Source: Promethearchaeota archaeon
GTDB taxonomy: Archaea > Asgardarchaeota > Lokiarchaeia > Sigyniarchaeales > SOKP01
NCBI GenBank assembly: GCA_016840085.1
Contig: JAEOTA010000081.1
Coordinates: 1 to 64,000 of the forward strand
Reading direction: 5' to 3'
Length of the DNA stretch: 64,000 bases
Shown: positions 61,401-64,000 of the stretch, one piece after another
Layout of the letters: the number at the start of each line of letters is the position of its first letter
How positions within the stretch are numbered: position 1 is the first letter of the stretch
The notes under the pieces: model-generated
Told to the model about the DNA's origin: nothing
What the model saw: only the letters and a program-made list of their open reading frames with translations
Databases searched by the model: none
Program-made: the position numbers and the translations under genes

Positions 61401-64000
61401 CCGTAGCGTTATAGTATACTGTGATTGCTTTATCAAAATCATTTTGTTCAATATGTTTTTGTGCTTCTTCTAAAAGTTTGAAAGCTTCTTCTTTTCTCTT
61501 TTCAGTTATTAATCTAATTTCTTCCAGTTTTCTCAGTTCCTCTTGTTTTTCTTTCATTTTAAGCTGTTCTAATTTCATTTTTTCTGTTATCTGTTGTTGG
61601 AATAGGCGCTCTTCTTGTTCTCTTCTAAGATTTAATTCGAGTTCTTTTAATTTATTCAAATCATCATCTCTCTTTTTCTCCTGGATTTTTTGAATCATTT
61701 CTCTGATAATAGTTGTAGGAAAAAAAATTTCATTGAAAATTAATTCTGAATTACGATAAAGTTCAATTGATTTATCATATTCACTTTGATTTAATAACTC
61801 TTCAGCTTGATCCATAATCTCAAATGCTTCTATTTTACGTTTTTTCATTTTTTGTAACAAATCTTCACGTTTTTGAACTTCAATTACCTTAGAGTTTAAT
61901 CTTTCTTTCTCTTTTCGTATATAGTTTGAAATTTTATTTTGAAATTGTTCCTCTTCTTTTTGACGGTTTAATGCAGCTTCAAATTCTATCTGCTTTACCT
62001 TTTCCTTTCTTTCTTTGCTTTCTTGAATAGATTGAATTGTGTCTTTTAGTAATTTTAAATAATCTTCTCGCCACCCTATTCCTTTTAAGATATTTATTGC
62101 ATTTTCATAATTTTCTATAGCTTTCGCGAAGTTTTCTTCTTTGAGAATATTTTCGGCTTCTTCAATAATATTAAATGCTCTTTCTTGTTCAACTAAATTT
62201 TGGGCTGAAATTTTTTTCTGTTTTTCAAGTATTTTTTGCTCTTTTAATGCTTCTACTTTTTCTCTTTCTCTTTGAAGTAGAATCTTGTTCATAAAAGCTT
62301 TATCAACAGTTTCTTTTTCAATTGCCTTTTGTAATAATTTTTGTTTATAGAGTTCATTCTCTCTCTTTTTCTCTTTTATATCCTCTATTGTAGTTTGAAT
62401 AATTGGAATTTCTTCTGTCCATTGAATTTGAGCAAAGATATTGGCTACATCATAATATATTTCAAGAGTATTATCAAACTTTCCAAAAGAAAGGAAATTT
62501 TGAGCTTTTTCTAGCAAATCAAATGCTTCATTCTTTTTATTTGCTTGATAGGCTCTTAAATTCTCTTTTTCACTTAATGCAATTTCCTTTTCTTTCAATC
62601 TTTCACGTTGAGCTTTCATTTCTCTAGTGATGAGCTCTTGAAACCTTTTTTCTTCCTTTTCATGCTCAAAATCAGCTTGAATTTTCAATTGTTTTTGTAA
62701 TTCGGCCTCTTTTTTCTGATTTTCAATTTCTATAATAGAATTTTGAATTAAGCTTATTTCGTTTTGCCAATTCGCATCTGCAAAAAAATTGATAGCATAT
62801 TGCAATATTTCAATAGCTTTATCAAAATAACCTTGTTTTAAATTATCCTGTGATTCCTCTAATAATTTAAAACCTGATTTTCTTCTTTCTTCACGATATT
62901 GTAATTCTTTTTCCCGTCCTCTTAATTCAATTTCTTGTTTTTTCAGTTTTTCTCTTTCTTGTTTTAAATATTTTGTAATTTGCTTTTGAAAATCTTCTTC
63001 TTTTTTTTCTCTTTCTAAAGTTTCTTGCATCTTTTTTTGTCTTAAAATCTTTTGATCACGTTTTAGTTCTTCAACTTGATGTATAGAATTTTCAATCAAA
63101 GGAATTTCCTCAGTCCATCGTATTTCAGCAAAAATATTGCCTGCATTTTGGTACTCCTCGATTGCATTATTATATTCACCTCTTTTAACGAAACTTAATG
63201 CTGAATCTAGAAATTCAAAAGCCTTTTTCCTCCGCTCCTTAAAATATTTTACTTCTTCCTCCTTTTCCTTTAATATGATCTCTTTTTTCTTTAAATGTTC
63301 ACGCTCTTTATTTAATTGAGTAGCAATTTGCTTCTGAAAATCAATTTCAGCTTCTTCCCTTTTTTCCAAACGTTTTTGGTCTTCATATTGCTTCTTGAGT
63401 CGAGAATCTTTTATCTTCTCTATATTTAATATTGTATTCTTAATTGTATTAATGTAAGTTTCCCACCCTGTTCCTAAATCTTCAAGAATTACCAACCCTT
63501 CTTTATATTCATTGATAGCTCTTTCAAAGTTTTTTTCTTTTAAAATTTCATCTGCTTTATCTAAAATTTTAAAGAGATCCTTCTCTTTTTCTGCATAATC
63601 TCTTTTTTTTAATTCAAATTCTTCCCTTTTATTCTCTAAATCTTTAGCAGATTCTATTGCTTGCTTCATTTCCTTTAAATAAATAGATTCTTGAACTCTA
63701 AATAATTCTCTTTCTCGTTTTTCTTTAAGACCCTCAGTTTTTTTCTCTCTTTCTTGTTTTTCCTTTATCCCATTTATTAAATTAATCACTGGTTGAATAT
63801 AAGAATCCCATTCTATTGATTTGAGGAGCTGAATCGCTTCTTCAAGTTTCTCGATTGCGTGATTATAATCTTTTTCTCTTTCAAACTTCTTTCCTATATC
63901 AATTAAATTGAAAGCTTTTATTTGTACTTGCTCTTCTATTCTCTTCTTTTCTTCAAACTCAATAAGTTTTTTTCTTTGTAAATCTGCTTCTGAAGTTAAA
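58486..64000 (-). CDS. Giant repeat protein (more than 1830 aa; 5' end outside the window) built from TPR/MIT-like helical units and coiled coils
   Basis: Frame is open to the window edge; recurring unit of about 115 aa, AF.LL..A......F..AI..Y..A..IF.EI.W. Confidence 0.85.
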   Translation of the reverse strand, partial: LTSEADLQRKKLIEFEEKKRIEEQVQIKAFNLIDIGKKFEREKDYNHAIEKLEEAIQLLKSIEWDSYIQPVINLINGIKEKQEREKKTEGLKEKRERELFRVQESIYLKEMKQAIESAKDLENKREEFELKKRDYAEKEKDLFKILDKADEILKEKNFERAINEYKEGLVILEDLGTGWETYINTIKNTILNIEKIKDSRLKKQYEDQKRLEKREEAEIDFQKQIATQLNKEREHLKKKEIILKEKEEEVKYFKERRKKAFEFLDSALSFVKRGEYNNAIEEYQNAGNIFAEIRWTEEIPLIENSIHQVEELKRDQKILRQKKMQETLEREKKEEDFQKQITKYLKQEREKLKKQEIELRGREKELQYREERRKSGFKLLEESQDNLKQGYFDKAIEILQYAINFFADANWQNEISLIQNSIIEIENQKKEAELQKQLKIQADFEHEKEEKRFQELITREMKAQRERLKEKEIALSEKENLRAYQANKKNEAFDLLEKAQNFLSFGKFDNTLEIYYDVANIFAQIQWTEEIPIIQTTIEDIKEKKRENELYKQKLLQKAIEKETVDKAFMNKILLQREREKVEALKEQKILEKQKKISAQNLVEQERAFNIIEEAENILKEENFAKAIENYENAINILKGIGWREDYLKLLKDTIQSIQESKERKEKVKQIEFEAALNRQKEEEQFQNKISNYIRKEKERLNSKVIEVQKREDLLQKMKKRKIEAFEIMDQAEELLNQSEYDKSIELYRNSELIFNEIFFPTTIIREMIQKIQEKKRDDDLNKLKELELNLRREQEERLFQQQITEKMKLEQLKMKEKQEELRKLEEIRLITEKRKEEAFKLLEEAQKHIEQNDFDKAITVYYNATDIFTEIQWHDEIDLIQRSINEVENKKYKMEVKKQMELKASLEREKEEKLFHELISEEMKTQREKLRQREIKLRKKEEELVYREKKREEGFKLLDKAQDLLSKGRFEESIDIYRDVANNFAQIQWDDEIPILENAIQNIMKKKREDDIQKAKLLQESIDKEKANYEFMEQIKLYRKKERAMAIEEEENLKSQKLISAQNLVKQQEAFNLINNGYESVKHKDFDNALVSYQHAIHILTEIGWTREYLKLLTNTINTIEKRKRDLEKQKEIEQELKINQQQEQQQFQSKISESMLREKKRLELKELKIQERENLLQKMESRKIEAFEIMDLAEKLLKQAEYDKATEMYHKAELILSEIGFPTNLIRDMIYKVQMKSREEITTKQMELESKLQKEREQFDFQQKIAESIKINELRMKSQQNELEKQKKHRAYMEKRKDEAFSILDEAEIYMNQARYNKALEYYHTAELILNEISFPTEAIRETIQKVREKKKDHQLQRQKDLELSIQREREVWEFEEQISTFFKNERERLQNKQIEIQEKEELKARLEKRKESAFKILDDAEKFLKASNYENAIERYRKAGLILNELQFPTDSINNMILKVNKLKKQEVEQEELKFQKEFEKLEEEKALKILIDERKRQEEEKKRAQLLAQKQRERMIQEQMTVRESAYSLLDEAGKYLKQLNPDFNNAISLYVQARNILAENIGWEPEINNLNALIKDLQQEQVNYIKKKKLEEEARIQRQIEYEKFQEEVRRKRLEQEQLKRGQEKQYRELFVKKKHFDQIRDEGLKYIDDGKRLAAYHDFENAYEKFNTAISKFKEIGWKEEIKYIETEIKNAKILEERVKAEESRINEIQKQLEKQRSLEKSRRESKDAEMKQAISEVSIDTDKVMKMIEEGRSKAKLKEKKQKEQIKDEAKEFSKKMSDLIKIKQELIDEIEKKEMEKKKEQKRLKQAKEREEIDNLKKMIKKADKSKKT

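Noticed and set aside
3315-63319. Many short antisense or overlapping ORFs in the track (e.g. 3315, 5878, 11180, 15128, 25966, 40048, 61421)
   Set aside because: Shadow ORFs of well-supported genes, with no motifs of their own

Overview
AT-rich archaeal DNA whose gene content points to Asgard archaea, most likely Lokiarchaeia. The evidence is a Uba3-like E1, an E2, eukaryote-type SECIS elements, a CD36-like protein, rpS30e, a GPN GTPase and PDCD5. The main result is that the ubiquitin-system E1 (55364-56977, -) and E2 (about 52473-53012, +) genes are each interrupted by a 30-nt in-frame insert carrying a TAA stop. Each insert folds with its flanks into a bulge-helix-bulge (BHB) motif. Cutting at the standard archaeal tRNA-endonuclease positions restores the conserved protein motifs exactly, so these are candidate tRNA-type introns in mRNAs. 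The window also holds a tRNA-Trp with three introns and a tRNA-Tyr with two, mostly 29-31 nt. Two tandem Sec-containing selD paralogs each carry a 3' SECIS with an extra conserved hairpin. Several genes appear to start at ATT/ATA/CTG. Other elements are a free-standing intein-derived LAGLIDADG gene beside a type IIG R-M gene, a putative polymorphic toxin/immunity pair with an orphan immunity paralog, a split PEP-synthase-like system, a TnpB element, a MITE-like element and two candidate small RNAs. All calls come from reading the sequence; no database searches were run.
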